Position numbers and translations under genes: made by a program
Part shown: positions 44,807 through 54,526 of the stretch, one piece after another
How positions within the stretch are numbered: the stretch's first letter is position 1
Layout of the letters: each line of letters begins with the position of its first letter
Assembly: GCA_029982875.1 (NCBI GenBank)
Contig: JARRCD010000001.1
Span: forward strand, 1 to 58,636
Reading direction: 5' to 3'
Length of the DNA: 58,636 nucleotides
DNA from: Candidatus Cloacimonadota bacterium
GTDB taxonomy: Bacteria > Cloacimonadota > Cloacimonadia > Cloacimonadales > Cloacimonadaceae
Notes under the pieces: generated by a model
Databases searched by the model: none
The model's input: only the letters and a program-made list of their open reading frames with translations
What the model was told of the DNA's origin: nothing

Positions 44807-45757
44807 TTAGATCGTCACGCCACCTTTGATATCCTGCAACTTGAGATTCCGGGCCAGAAGATACTCACCCAAACCCATGATGATCTCAAATGCGGACAGG
44901 GGATTGACGAAGTTTGCCGTTCCGATAGCAATTGCCGAAGCTCCGGCCCAGATAAATTCGAGGGCATCCTGCCAGCTGTAGATTCCTCCCATCGCCAGGA
45001 TGGGAATCTTGACTGCTTGAGCGGTTTTGTAGGTAAGCGCCAAAGCTGTGGGTTTGATCCCGATTCCGCTATAACCTGCAATCCCTTTTTTGATCCTGGA
45101 TACTCCTGTCTGGTAATCAATTGCCATGCCATAAAGCGTATTAATCAAAGCGATTGAGCTGGCTCCGGCGGCTTCTGCAGCTTGAGCTATGGCGGCGATA
45201 TCTGTGACATTGGGACTGAGCTTGATACAGAGTTCCCGCTCGGTCATCGAGCTGAGTCTCTGCACCAATTTATATACGATCTCTTCCGAAATTCCAAAGG
45301 CTATGCCTTCGTTTTCTACGTTCGGACAAGAGATGTTTACTTCATAACCACTGATCCCACTGCATGCTTCCAGCCTCATCAAGATCTCGGCAAATTCATC
45401 AATACTGGATCCGGAGAAACTAACGATCAAGGGCATCTCCAAGACTTCTCTATACTTGGGTAATTTCTCTGCAATAAAGAGGTCCAAGCCGGGATTTTGC
45501 AGACCGATAGAATTTAACAATCCGGCTTCAGTCTCATATAAACGCGGTTGGGGATTTCCTTTTTGCGGTTCTTTGGTAATAGTTTTACATACAAAAGCAC
45601 CCAAGCAGGAGGGATCAAAGAATTCCAGATTCTCCAGATCGAAGGTGCCGGAAGCCACAGTGAGCGGAGTATTTAGCTCCAAAACCCCCAGTTTGGTTTT
45701 AAGCTGCTCACGGGCGGTGAGACTCTGGGAGAAGATTTCGCTCAGATGAGTTCCCAT
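44807..45757 (-). CDS. pyrD: dihydroorotate dehydrogenase, class 1B catalytic subunit
   Basis: LNTPLTVASGTF, NSIGLQNPG, NISCPNV, IPILAMGGI. 316 aa. Overlaps the end of pyrK. Confidence 0.9.
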   Translation of the reverse strand: MGTHLSEIFSQSLTAREQLKTKLGVLELNTPLTVASGTFDLENLEFFDPSCLGAFVCKTITKEPQKGNPQPRLYETEAGLLNSIGLQNPGLDLFIAEKLPKYREVLEMPLIVSFSGSSIDEFAEILMRLEACSGISGYEVNISCPNVENEGIAFGISEEIVYKLVQRLSSMTERELCIKLSPNVTDIAAIAQAAEAAGASSIALINTLYGMAIDYQTGVSRIKKGIAGYSGIGIKPTALALTYKTAQAVKIPILAMGGIYSWQDALEFIWAGASAIAIGTANFVNPLSAFEIIMGLGEYLLARNLKLQDIKGGVTI

Positions 45758-46527
45758 CTCACCTCCTCAGCCTTGAAAACCGGACCCTCTTTGCATACCC
45801 TGAGATAGTCCCAGTTTAGCGCAGAACCAACCGGAATGACACAACCATAACACACCCCAATCCCGCAAGCCATATAGGCTTCCAATGAAGCATAGTGTTC
45901 GATGGCAAGCTCTTGGGTGATCGCGGTGGCGGCGGCCAGCATGGGCAGGGGTCCGCAACTGTAGACGATGTCGATATCATATTTGGCGATATTCTCTTTT
46001 AAGCCATCGCAAACTCTGCCTTTTTTCCCGATGGAGCCATCTTCAGTGAAGATCTCATCACAAGGGAAAGTATCACCCTGTGTGGCGCCGCCATGCATCC
46101 AATATACTTGATTGTGATTGATCAGTTCTTTTTGCAGATACCACATGGGCGGATAGCCGATTCCTCCGCTGATGAGTAAGGCATGTTTACCTCGGTAAAC
46201 AGGGAAACCATTGCCGGCAGGACCGAGCAATTCAAGCATATCACCGGCACGTAATTTGGACAAGGCGTTGGTTCCCTTGCCCACGTTTTTGATCATAAAG
46301 CCTATGCGCCCACCCTGGTTGTCATAGATGCTGATGGGCTTGAAAAGCTTGGGAATATGGCCTGCCACTTGAGCATCTTCCAGGCTGGCCAGGGCCCGGA
46401 TTTCGAAAAACTGCCCGGGCCGGACGGCTGCTCCCCAAGCTTCATCCCAAATCCAGAGAATGAAATAATCATCCGTGAGCTCTTCCCGAGCCTGAATGGC
46501 GCGTTGACGATATTGTGGATTATTCAT
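45742..46527 (-). CDS. pyrK: dihydroorotate dehydrogenase electron-transfer subunit
   Basis: FAD/NAD-binding fold (RPISIY-like KPISIY, GGIGYPP). C-terminal 2Fe-2S Cys cluster CGIGVCYGC...C. Its ATG follows the pyrC stop directly. Confidence 0.85.
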   Translation of the reverse strand: MNNPQYRQRAIQAREELTDDYFILWIWDEAWGAAVRPGQFFEIRALASLEDAQVAGHIPKLFKPISIYDNQGGRIGFMIKNVGKGTNALSKLRAGDMLELLGPAGNGFPVYRGKHALLISGGIGYPPMWYLQKELINHNQVYWMHGGATQGDTFPCDEIFTEDGSIGKKGRVCDGLKENIAKYDIDIVYSCGPLPMLAAATAITQELAIEHYASLEAYMACGIGVCYGCVIPVGSALNWDYLRVCKEGPVFKAEEVRWELI

Positions 46528-47799
46528 TCAGGAATCCTGATAGGTGATCATTCCGCTTTTGAAGGTATATTTGACTCTGGAGGCCAGAGTTTGATCCAGC
46601 CAGGGCGTATTTTTACTTTTGGAGAGGATGTTTTCTTTGCTAAAAGTAGTGGATTGATTGAGGTCGATAATGGTAAGGTCTGCCTTGGCGCCGAGTTTGA
46701 TCTCCCCTCCAGGCAGGTCCAGAATTCGGGCAGGTTCACAACTGAGTTTATTTACCAAAGTGGAAAGCGAAATAGCTTTGCTTTTCACCAAGTTGTCGTA
46801 TAAGACGGCAAAGGCAGTCTCAAAACCGATGATCCCAAAGGGAGCCTGATCAAATTCGCGTTCTTTCTCAAAATCCGCATGAGGCGCATGATCTGTGGCA
46901 ATGCAATCAATGAGTCCTTCATTCAGAGCTTGCACACAGGCCAGACGGTCTGCTTCATTGCGCAGCGGTGGCTTCATCTTGGTATTGGTATCAAAACCCA
47001 GACAGGCCTCATCCGTCAAGACGAGGTGATGCGGCGTAACTTCGCAGGTAACCGGAAGCCCTCGCTCTTTGGCTTGACGCACCAATTCCAGGGAACGGGC
47101 AGTAGAGATATGGGCAATGTGTAACCGGGCTCCCGCACTTTCTGCCAGCATAATATCACGAGCGATTATTACTTCTTCTGCCAAACCGGGGATCCCGGAT
47201 AGTCCGATACGTGTCGCTACCTTTCCGGAACTGATCTGCCCACGTCCGGCCAAGGCATAGTCTTCGGGATGGATTATGACGGGGATATCAAAATTGGCAG
47301 CATAGCGTAAACAAGATAGCATGATTCTGGCATTTTGCACACAATAGCCATCATCGCTAACTGCTACAATGCCACCAGATTTCATGGTTGCCATCTCGCT
47401 GATTTCCTCCCCTTTGCTTTGCTTGGTAAGAGCTCCGATCACATAGACCCGGGCAATGCTAAATTCCTTTGCTCTAAGCTGAATATATTCTACGGAAGCG
47501 ATGTTATCGGTCACGGGATTGGTATTCGGCATAGCACAGATCGAGGTGAAGCCACCTTTGGCAGCGCTTTTGGTGCCGCTCTGGATATCCTCTTTGTAAG
47601 TATGGCCAGGATCCCGCAGATGAGCGTGAATATCTATGAACCCGGGGAAAACACAGGCTCCGGCAGCATCGATCACAGTATCTGCTTTCTCGGTAATCTG
47701 GGGTGCAATCTTGCTGATGCGTTTGTTTTCGATCAGCAGCTCCTGGGCTTGCAGGGCGTTATCAAGGTAGATCTTAGCATTCTTTATAATAGTCTTCAT
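46528..47799 (-). CDS. pyrC: dihydroorotase
   Basis: Metal motifs FIDIHAHLRDPG and DHAPH. The start is set at the second of two adjacent ATGs (47799) for 5-nt spacing from the AAGGAG SD. 47802 or 47823 are possible alternatives. Confidence 0.9.
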   Translation of the reverse strand: MKTIIKNAKIYLDNALQAQELLIENKRISKIAPQITEKADTVIDAAGACVFPGFIDIHAHLRDPGHTYKEDIQSGTKSAAKGGFTSICAMPNTNPVTDNIASVEYIQLRAKEFSIARVYVIGALTKQSKGEEISEMATMKSGGIVAVSDDGYCVQNARIMLSCLRYAANFDIPVIIHPEDYALAGRGQISSGKVATRIGLSGIPGLAEEVIIARDIMLAESAGARLHIAHISTARSLELVRQAKERGLPVTCEVTPHHLVLTDEACLGFDTNTKMKPPLRNEADRLACVQALNEGLIDCIATDHAPHADFEKEREFDQAPFGIIGFETAFAVLYDNLVKSKAISLSTLVNKLSCEPARILDLPGGEIKLGAKADLTIIDLNQSTTFSKENILSKSKNTPWLDQTLASRVKYTFKSGMITYQDS

Positions 47800-47809
47800 C
47801 ATCTCTCCT

Positions 47810-48742
47810 TCAGGCTTTGCCACCTAAGATCAAAAACATCAGAGCCATGCGGATTGCGACTCCATTTGCTACTTGTTCCACGATTACACTGTGTTTACTA
47901 TCCGCAATTTCGGGCAAGATCTCCACGCCTCGATTCATGGGTCCAGGGTGCATGATCAGGGCATCTGGCTTGGCGTATTTGAGGGTCCTGCCGGAGAGCA
48001 CATAGTGTTTGCTATATTCTTCCAAACTTGGGAAAAGTCCCTCACTCATGCGTTCCAATTGCATCCTGAGTCCCATTACCACGTCCGCATCGCTCAAGGC
48101 TCGCGCCAAATCGTATTCCACCTTACACCCATAGACACTTTCCATATTGCCGGGCATAAGGGTTTTGGGGCCACAAACCGTTACTTTGGCACCCAGTTTC
48201 CCCATTCCTATCAGATTGGAGCGCACTACCCGGCTGTGTAATATATCGCCTACAATCGTTACTTTAAGATCCTTGAGATCACCCTTCTTTTCCCAAATGG
48301 TATAGATATCGAGCAAGGCCTGAGTGGGATGTGCATGTCTGCCATCTCCGCCGTTTATCACCGGTTTCTGAGAGTATTTGTGCACCAATTGAGGGCTGCC
48401 CGGAGAGCTGTGACGAATGCAATACAGATCTATGCCCATCGCATTTAGAGTATATACTGTATCTTGCAGACTCTCGCCCTTTTGCAAAGCAGATACATTG
48501 GCTTGGAAACTAACGACATCGGCGGAAAGACGATTGGCGGCAAGTTCAAAGCTCATGCGTGTCCGGGTGCTGTTTTCCACAAATAAAGTGCAGATGGTTT
48601 TACCTCGCAGGGTAGGGATTTTCTTGTATTCACGGAGATTGATAGATTTCATCCCTTTGGCGGCTTCCAGGATATACAGTATCTCTTCGCGTGAATAGTC
48701 GTCCAGATCGAAGACATTGCGACCTAAGAATTGATAGTTCAT
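47810..48742 (-). CDS. pyrB: aspartate carbamoyltransferase catalytic subunit
   Basis: The start is set at ATG 48742 (AAGGAG SD 5 nt upstream). Motifs STRTRMSFE, HPTQALLD, HPGPMNRG. 310 aa. Confidence 0.95.
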   Translation of the reverse strand: MNYQFLGRNVFDLDDYSREEILYILEAAKGMKSINLREYKKIPTLRGKTICTLFVENSTRTRMSFELAANRLSADVVSFQANVSALQKGESLQDTVYTLNAMGIDLYCIRHSSPGSPQLVHKYSQKPVINGGDGRHAHPTQALLDIYTIWEKKGDLKDLKVTIVGDILHSRVVRSNLIGMGKLGAKVTVCGPKTLMPGNMESVYGCKVEYDLARALSDADVVMGLRMQLERMSEGLFPSLEEYSKHYVLSGRTLKYAKPDALIMHPGPMNRGVEILPEIADSKHSVIVEQVANGVAIRMALMFLILGGKA

Positions 48743-48985
48743 TTTTTCTCCTTTCAAGCTCACTGGCATTGATTAAAGGTTTTATTTTGCTCAAGGCTCG
48801 ATATCCGCTCTCATTCGTCAAGCATAAAATGCTGCCGGCTCCAAAACAAATTCTGTATCTCTCTGCAATGCTTGAACATATATACTCATAAAAAAAGCTA
48901 TACCCCACTGCTACAGAAAATTGGCTTGACTGATATCAGCATTCCATTTTTATTGTAAACAATTGATGACTACAGGAGTATCACT

Positions 48986-50086
48986 ATGAGAAAACTCAAT
49001 ATAATCCTGCTGGCTCTGGCCTTGAGTCTTGGTGCTTGCAGTATGTTTAAAACCAGGCAAAAGCTCTCTCCGCAAGCTAATGTTAATGCCAAAACTGCCG
49101 GTGTATATTATGCTCAACAGAATGTTGAAAAAGCCGAAGAATTTTACCTTAAAGTTTTGGAAGAACACCCGGATCATGCTCTGTCTCTGCGTCGTCTGGC
49201 TGATATCAACCTGCATAAAGGTGAAACCTTACCAGATAAGGCGGTTGAGTATAACAAAACAGCTTTTGAACTTTATACCAAGGCTCTTGATGTATATAAT
49301 AGCTTTGAAAACCTCACTGATGATGAAAAACTGGATATCAAAGATATGACCCGCAAACGTGACGGCGCTTGGACCAGAATCTTCCGTGCCGGAGATGCAG
49401 CTTTGGAAGCCGGTAATACCCAAGAGGCAATGGAGATTTTTGAGCTTGCCAGTGAACTTAAACCGGATCGCTTTGAACCCATGATTCGCCTGAAAGATAT
49501 CTATCAAAAAGAACTGAAAGATGATGCTAAAGCCGAAGAAATCCTCCTTACTCTGGTCGAAAAAGATCCCGAAAACCTGGATTACCTCCTTGAAACCGGT
49601 GCTTTCTATTTCAATCAAGACAATTTTACCGAGGCAGCTCGCTATTTTGAGCAAGTTAAAACCATAGCTCCTGCTGATGTCGATAACCTTATGAATCTCT
49701 CCTATGCCTATTTTGAGATGGGAGATTACACCAAAGCTATGCAGAATACTCAGAAAGCTCTGGAATTGGAGCCCGGTAATGTCGAAATCCTGCAAAATGC
49801 ACGTAATATAGCTTTTATGGCAGAAGATAATGAACTCGCCTTGGTCTATCTCAAACAGCTCCTTGAGCTTCGCAACGATGATAAGGACTTTGCCGATATC
49901 TGCAGAGTTTTGTATGCCGAGGAAGAGTATGAGGAACTGATCAATTACGCTCAACAATGGTATCAATGGGATAACACCAGTGAAAACGCTGTACAATTCA
50001 TTATTCTGGGCGCAACACAAACCGAAAACCAAACGCTTAGAGAAACATACAGGAAAATACTGCAAGCGCTTCGCGAGAAGCAGTAA
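48986..50086 (+). CDS. TPR-repeat lipoprotein
   Basis: Signal plus lipobox MRKLNIILLALALSLGAC. Multiple 34-aa TPR-like repeats (e.g. A..YF..V....P...D.L.NL..AYF..GDY.KA). AGGAG SD. Confidence 0.7.
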   Translation: MRKLNIILLALALSLGACSMFKTRQKLSPQANVNAKTAGVYYAQQNVEKAEEFYLKVLEEHPDHALSLRRLADINLHKGETLPDKAVEYNKTAFELYTKALDVYNSFENLTDDEKLDIKDMTRKRDGAWTRIFRAGDAALEAGNTQEAMEIFELASELKPDRFEPMIRLKDIYQKELKDDAKAEEILLTLVEKDPENLDYLLETGAFYFNQDNFTEAARYFEQVKTIAPADVDNLMNLSYAYFEMGDYTKAMQNTQKALELEPGNVEILQNARNIAFMAEDNELALVYLKQLLELRNDDKDFADICRVLYAEEEYEELINYAQQWYQWDNTSENAVQFIILGATQTENQTLRETYRKILQALREKQ

Positions 50087-50103
50087 CTATCACACTTTCC
50101 CTT

Positions 50104-50140
50104 AAGCGGGGGTGGGAGAATCCGCCCCCGCTTATTTTTT
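50104..50140 (+). terminator. intrinsic terminator after the TPR gene
   Basis: AAGCGGGGG (50104..50112) pairs with CCCCCGCTT (50125..50133), followed by ATTTTTT. Confidence 0.75.
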
Positions 50141-50148
50141 ATACCTTG

Positions 50149-51027
50149 ATGAGCCTCTCTCAAAAGCGCAGCTACCTCTTTGCCGGCTTGGCAATCCTTT
50201 GCTGGAGTAGTGTTTCCACCGCGTTCAAGCTGGGCTTGATGCACCTTACTCCAGTCGGGCTTTTATTTACCTCAGCCTTTGTAGCCACCTTGTTTTTGGC
50301 CATATCTTACGCGCTTAGTCCGGGCAGTCAGGAACAAGGTTTAATCCCCAACCTCTACAAATCTCTACCGGCTGGCTTACTCAATCCCTTCTTGTACTAC
50401 CTCGTTCTCTTTAGCGCCTATTCCAGATTGCGAGCGCAGGAAGCTCAAGCCCTAAACTATACTTGGGCTATCGTGCTGACCCTGCTTTCGGCACTCCTGC
50501 TCAAACAGCGATTTCGACTCAAAGACCTCCTCGCACTTTTATTCAGCTTTGCCGGAGTAATCGTGATCTCTACCCGAGGTCAAGTCCTGAAGCTGCATTT
50601 TGATGATGCGGGGGGAACCTTGCTTGCCATCGGTTCATCAGTAATCTGGGCTCTGTATTGGATCATCAATCTCAAGGATGCACGCAGAGACGTCAGCAAG
50701 CTATTCTTCAATTTCCTGGTAGGTTTCTTACTGATTGCTGTCTACGTTATCCTTAGTAAAAGCCCGCTGCTCTTACCGGAAGCGAATATCCTTGATGCCT
50801 TATTGTATGGAGTGTGGGTAGGGATATTTGAGATGGGGCTCACCTTTGTTTTGTGGTTACAAGCTTTGAAACTCACGCAAAATACTGCCAGTATCTCCAA
50901 TCTGATCTTTATCACACCCTTCCTGTCCATGCTGCTGATCCGAGAAGTTTTGGGAGAACCAATCCATCCGGCTACGATAATCGGATTGGTGATGATCGTG
51001 GTATCCAACCTCTATCAAAAGATTTAA
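50149..51027 (+). CDS. EamA/DMT-family transporter
   Basis: Ten predicted hydrophobic helices in two EamA-like halves (AILCWSS.., IWALYWIIN..). ATG 50149 is preferred over TTG 50146. Confidence 0.8.
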   Translation: MSLSQKRSYLFAGLAILCWSSVSTAFKLGLMHLTPVGLLFTSAFVATLFLAISYALSPGSQEQGLIPNLYKSLPAGLLNPFLYYLVLFSAYSRLRAQEAQALNYTWAIVLTLLSALLLKQRFRLKDLLALLFSFAGVIVISTRGQVLKLHFDDAGGTLLAIGSSVIWALYWIINLKDARRDVSKLFFNFLVGFLLIAVYVILSKSPLLLPEANILDALLYGVWVGIFEMGLTFVLWLQALKLTQNTASISNLIFITPFLSMLLIREVLGEPIHPATIIGLVMIVVSNLYQKI

Positions 51028-51032
51028 ATGCC

Positions 51033-53828
51033 TTAGTCGGCTTGGCCCAGCTTGGCTTTCACCTGCTCAATTGCCTTTAAGCTGTTTTCTATCTCGCGTT
51101 TATTGCCCAATTGCCGTTTAAGCGCCAGACTACGTTCATAAAACTGCAAAGCCTGCTGATATTCGGCTTGCTCAAAATGCATATTTCCCAGATTCCCCAG
51201 AGCTTTGATAATCTCCAGTTTGTCGTTCATTCTGGTAGCAAGGTCCAATTTCCGATCCAGCCAATATTTCGCCTCGTCATAGCGTTTATGAAGCAGGCAA
51301 GCCCATCCCAGATTACCCAAAGCGATAGATTCATCTTTGAGATATTGATGCTCTTCACTTATCTTTAGGCTGAGCTCAAAGGCTTGATAGGCTTTTTCAA
51401 AATCCTCTTGCTCCAGATAGATAAGCCCGAGATTAGAATGGGTCTTGGCTTGACGCTGGTTTTGCTTAAGCTTTTCGGCCAGAGCCAGACTCTCACGGTG
51501 GCACTTAAGCGCTTCCCCATATTTTTTATGGTGCTGATTCCAGATGCCCAGATTGCTCAAGGCAATACAGACCTGCAGCTGATCCCCCAGTTTGAGAGCA
51601 AGCTGATAGCCCAAATCAAACTCCTGCCTGGCAGTGTCATACTCTCCCCTAAAAAAGGCGGCGACGCCCTTGAAACGGTGGATCTCACAGAATTGGATAC
51701 TATCCTTGGGACTGAGGACTTGAGATTCTGAGATGATTTTTTCCGCAATCTCCCACTCTCCGGTTAACCATCTGATATCGGCCAGCTTGATGAGCAGAGC
51801 CGCTTTTTCTTGGTTGTCGGATAAAAGCGGCAGCAGCTTTTCACCCAGTTTCAGAGCCAGCTTGTTGTCAAATACTTGGGCTGCTTGTTCCACACCTTGC
51901 TTGAGATATGGGATTGCTTTATCCGGTATTTCTGCTTTGAGATAATGCTCGGCCAAGGCAAAGGTAAATTCCTCCAATTGATCTTCAAATAGGCTCTCGA
52001 TGGCTTCTGCTGTGAGTTGATGCAGCATTTTTCGATTCTGGTGCAAAAGAGTCTGGTAAGCTACTTCCCGCGTAGTGATATGCTTGAAGAAATAGGTTGA
52101 ATAGTCAAAACCCAGCAGTCTCATGATCAGAGAGTGCTCCTCCAGACGATTCAAGGTGCTATCCAAGTCCACGGGATCATCCAATCTCTTCTCTACTTCA
52201 CGCAGGATTTCCACAAAGAATTCATGCCCGATCACCGATGCTTTGTGCAAGATCAAGCGAAGCTCCTGCGGCAGATTATCGAGTCTGGACAGAATCAGGG
52301 CATACAAATTCGCTGGCACAGGATATTCATCCAGGTCTTGCTTGGGTAGATTCACGATATAATTGCACCATTCCTCCAAGAAGAAGGGATTGCCATTGGA
52401 AAGCTCTCTAACCAATTTTAGGGTATCATCGGCCAGAGTCCGGTCGGCCGTATAGTGACTTACCAAGGCATCGATCTTTTCCCGGCTAAGTGCTTGGATC
52501 TGCAATTCTTCAAAACTTGGGAAAGCTGTTATTGAGGGAAGAATCTGATAATCCAAGCGATACAAAGCCAGGATGAGAATGGCCGCCGCTTGGGTCTGCA
52601 ATCTGTCCAAAAGAAAATCTATCGCTTTAGCACTTGCCTCATCTACCAGATGGATATCATCCCAAATCATGATGATATTTTGCTGTCTATCGCTCGCTTG
52701 AGCGATGATAGCCATCAGAATGGTTTCGATAGCTCGGAGCAGGTGATCCAGTAGATCTTTGCCTTTTTGCTCAATTCTCGGATCCGGATACCGTATTTCC
52801 ATAAGCAAACCGAGCAGAGGAAGGCAATCCATGATCTTTTGCTTTTGCGGGCTATTTTGGGCCAGCTCTGCAATGCCAGATTCGAGTTGGATTTTCTTTT
52901 GTTTGACAGGATCGTTGTGCCTCACCGCAAAATAGCTTTCGAAGATTTTAGCAAAGAGATTGAAGGGACTGGGACTGATCGACGAACATATTCCCCTTAG
53001 GATCAGCGCGTGGGAAGTTTGACCGCAAAATTCCTGCACCACGCGGCTTTTACCGATGCCCGCCTCTCCTTTCAAGCCCAAAATCTGGAGGGACTTTTGT
53101 GAATTTTGATATGCAGCATTCAGAATCCCGAGTTCTTCTTCGCGGCCGATGAAGATGCTCTTTGCCAAGCTTTTGCTCTCGGTCTTTTGCCCTAATACCA
53201 GATAACAATCTACCGGCTCCGGCATACCTTTGACCGAGACCGGCCCCTGACTTTCAAAATCGAAGCTGTGCTCTACCAATTGCATCGTTGCTTTGGGCAT
53301 CATGATGCGATTTACAGGCGCATTGCTTTCCATGCGACTGGCCAGATTTACCTCGGGGCCATAGACGGTAAAATCACCTTCGCGTGATTGCCCTACTTTC
53401 CCCACGGATACCAGACCGGTATTGATCCCGATACGAAGTCCCAATTCCAGGTTTTCAAAGCCGGGTTCACGCCCCAGCAGCTTATTATACAGCTGAAGTT
53501 GTTCCTGCATTTTAAGGGCAGCCAGCACACAGCGTTGAGTGTCCTGCTCCGTTGCCTTTTTGGCCCCAAAGAGAGCCATGATGCCATCGCCGATATATTT
53601 ATCCACAAAGCCACCATAGAAATTGATGCAGCGGCTAAAGATCTTCATGATCTCATCCATCTTGCCATGGATCACTTCCGGTTCAAAGAGATTTGAGATA
53701 CTGGTAAAACCTTTGATATCGGCAAAAAGCACCGATACTTCACGCAATTCGCCTTCTTTGAGGCTCAGCTTCTTCTTTTCTTCGTCATCGGATAGAAAGT
53801 CTGCCTCAAAAAAGAGATCCTCATCCAT
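51033..53828 (-). CDS. class III adenylate/guanylate cyclase fused to AAA_16/STAND-type ATPase and TPR repeats
   Basis: The start is set at ATG 53828, overlapping the sirtuin stop (TAATG). Cyclase motifs VLFADIKGFT, YIGDGIMALFG and GPEVNLASRMES. P-loop GLKGEAGIGKSRV. The C-terminal ~350 aa are TPR repeats. Confidence 0.85.
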   Translation of the reverse strand: MDEDLFFEADFLSDDEEKKKLSLKEGELREVSVLFADIKGFTSISNLFEPEVIHGKMDEIMKIFSRCINFYGGFVDKYIGDGIMALFGAKKATEQDTQRCVLAALKMQEQLQLYNKLLGREPGFENLELGLRIGINTGLVSVGKVGQSREGDFTVYGPEVNLASRMESNAPVNRIMMPKATMQLVEHSFDFESQGPVSVKGMPEPVDCYLVLGQKTESKSLAKSIFIGREEELGILNAAYQNSQKSLQILGLKGEAGIGKSRVVQEFCGQTSHALILRGICSSISPSPFNLFAKIFESYFAVRHNDPVKQKKIQLESGIAELAQNSPQKQKIMDCLPLLGLLMEIRYPDPRIEQKGKDLLDHLLRAIETILMAIIAQASDRQQNIIMIWDDIHLVDEASAKAIDFLLDRLQTQAAAILILALYRLDYQILPSITAFPSFEELQIQALSREKIDALVSHYTADRTLADDTLKLVRELSNGNPFFLEEWCNYIVNLPKQDLDEYPVPANLYALILSRLDNLPQELRLILHKASVIGHEFFVEILREVEKRLDDPVDLDSTLNRLEEHSLIMRLLGFDYSTYFFKHITTREVAYQTLLHQNRKMLHQLTAEAIESLFEDQLEEFTFALAEHYLKAEIPDKAIPYLKQGVEQAAQVFDNKLALKLGEKLLPLLSDNQEKAALLIKLADIRWLTGEWEIAEKIISESQVLSPKDSIQFCEIHRFKGVAAFFRGEYDTARQEFDLGYQLALKLGDQLQVCIALSNLGIWNQHHKKYGEALKCHRESLALAEKLKQNQRQAKTHSNLGLIYLEQEDFEKAYQAFELSLKISEEHQYLKDESIALGNLGWACLLHKRYDEAKYWLDRKLDLATRMNDKLEIIKALGNLGNMHFEQAEYQQALQFYERSLALKRQLGNKREIENSLKAIEQVKAKLGQAD

Positions 53829-54526
53829 TACAATTCCTCCAGGATCCGATCTACCATGGGGGGTAATAGCTCCCCGCATTTACCTAAATAGAATTCATCG
53901 ATAAAATTCAGATTGTCTGGTTTGCTGAGATTGATAGCGATGGTATGTGCACCAAAGAGCTTTGCCGTCATGACAAATCCGGCAGCAGGATACACGGTGC
54001 CACTGGTGCCAAGAATCACAAATACATCGCAGGATTTGAGTAAGGCTTCGATCTCATAGAGATAATAAGGTATCTCTTCAAACCATACAACATCCGGTCT
54101 GAGTATTTTGCCACACTTACTGCACAACGGCACATCACTATCGAGATCAAGCTCTGAAACCTGATAACGCTTACTACAGCCCGTGCAAAAAGCCGAACTC
54201 AAGCGACCATGCATCTCGTATATTCTTTTATTGCCTGCGCGGGTGTGCAGACCATCTACATTTTGCGTTATCAGATAAAAATCATCCTGTAAGGCTTTTT
54301 CCAGTTTGCTCAGAGCCAGATGCGCCGGATTGGGCTCTACCTTAAGGGTTTCCGCAAACCGTTCTTTATAGAAGTTCCAGACCAGTTTCGGATTCTTCTG
54401 AAATCCTTGCGGACTCGCCACATCCTCGACGCGGTGATTGGCCCAGAGCCCACCGCTATCCCGGAAGGTTTGAATTCCGGATTCCGCACTGATTCCCGCT
54501 CCGGTCAGAATGAGGTATTTCTTCAT
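53828..54526 (-). CDS. cobB: NAD-dependent protein deacylase (sirtuin, CobB/Sir2 family)
   Basis: GAGISAESGIQTFR, QNVDGLH, catalytic EMHG, Zn ribbon CTGC...CSKCG, GTSGTVYPAA. The start overlaps the upstream C25 stop (ATGA). Confidence 0.9.
   Translation of the reverse strand: MKKYLILTGAGISAESGIQTFRDSGGLWANHRVEDVASPQGFQKNPKLVWNFYKERFAETLKVEPNPAHLALSKLEKALQDDFYLITQNVDGLHTRAGNKRIYEMHGRLSSAFCTGCSKRYQVSELDLDSDVPLCSKCGKILRPDVVWFEEIPYYLYEIEALLKSCDVFVILGTSGTVYPAAGFVMTAKLFGAHTIAINLSKPDNLNFIDEFYLGKCGELLPPMVDRILEEL

Noticed and set aside
48856-48869. AUUGCAGAGAGAUA on the - strand, ~115 nt upstream of pyrB, resembling the PyrR-binding loop (ARUCCAGAGAGGYU).
   Set aside because: Only 7 of 9 core positions match. 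I could not fold an anti-antiterminator/terminator pair around it. No pyrR is seen in the operon.
53828-54526. The sirtuin as a Thoeris/DSR/SIR2-HerA-type NADase defence effector, and the adjacent cyclase as a Pycsar cyclase.
   Set aside because: The sirtuin has the complete CobB-type catalytic and Zn-ribbon motifs and is of housekeeping size. No cNMP-binding TM/TIR effector, HerA, ThsB or other partner is present. I kept it only as a caveated operon-coupling observation.
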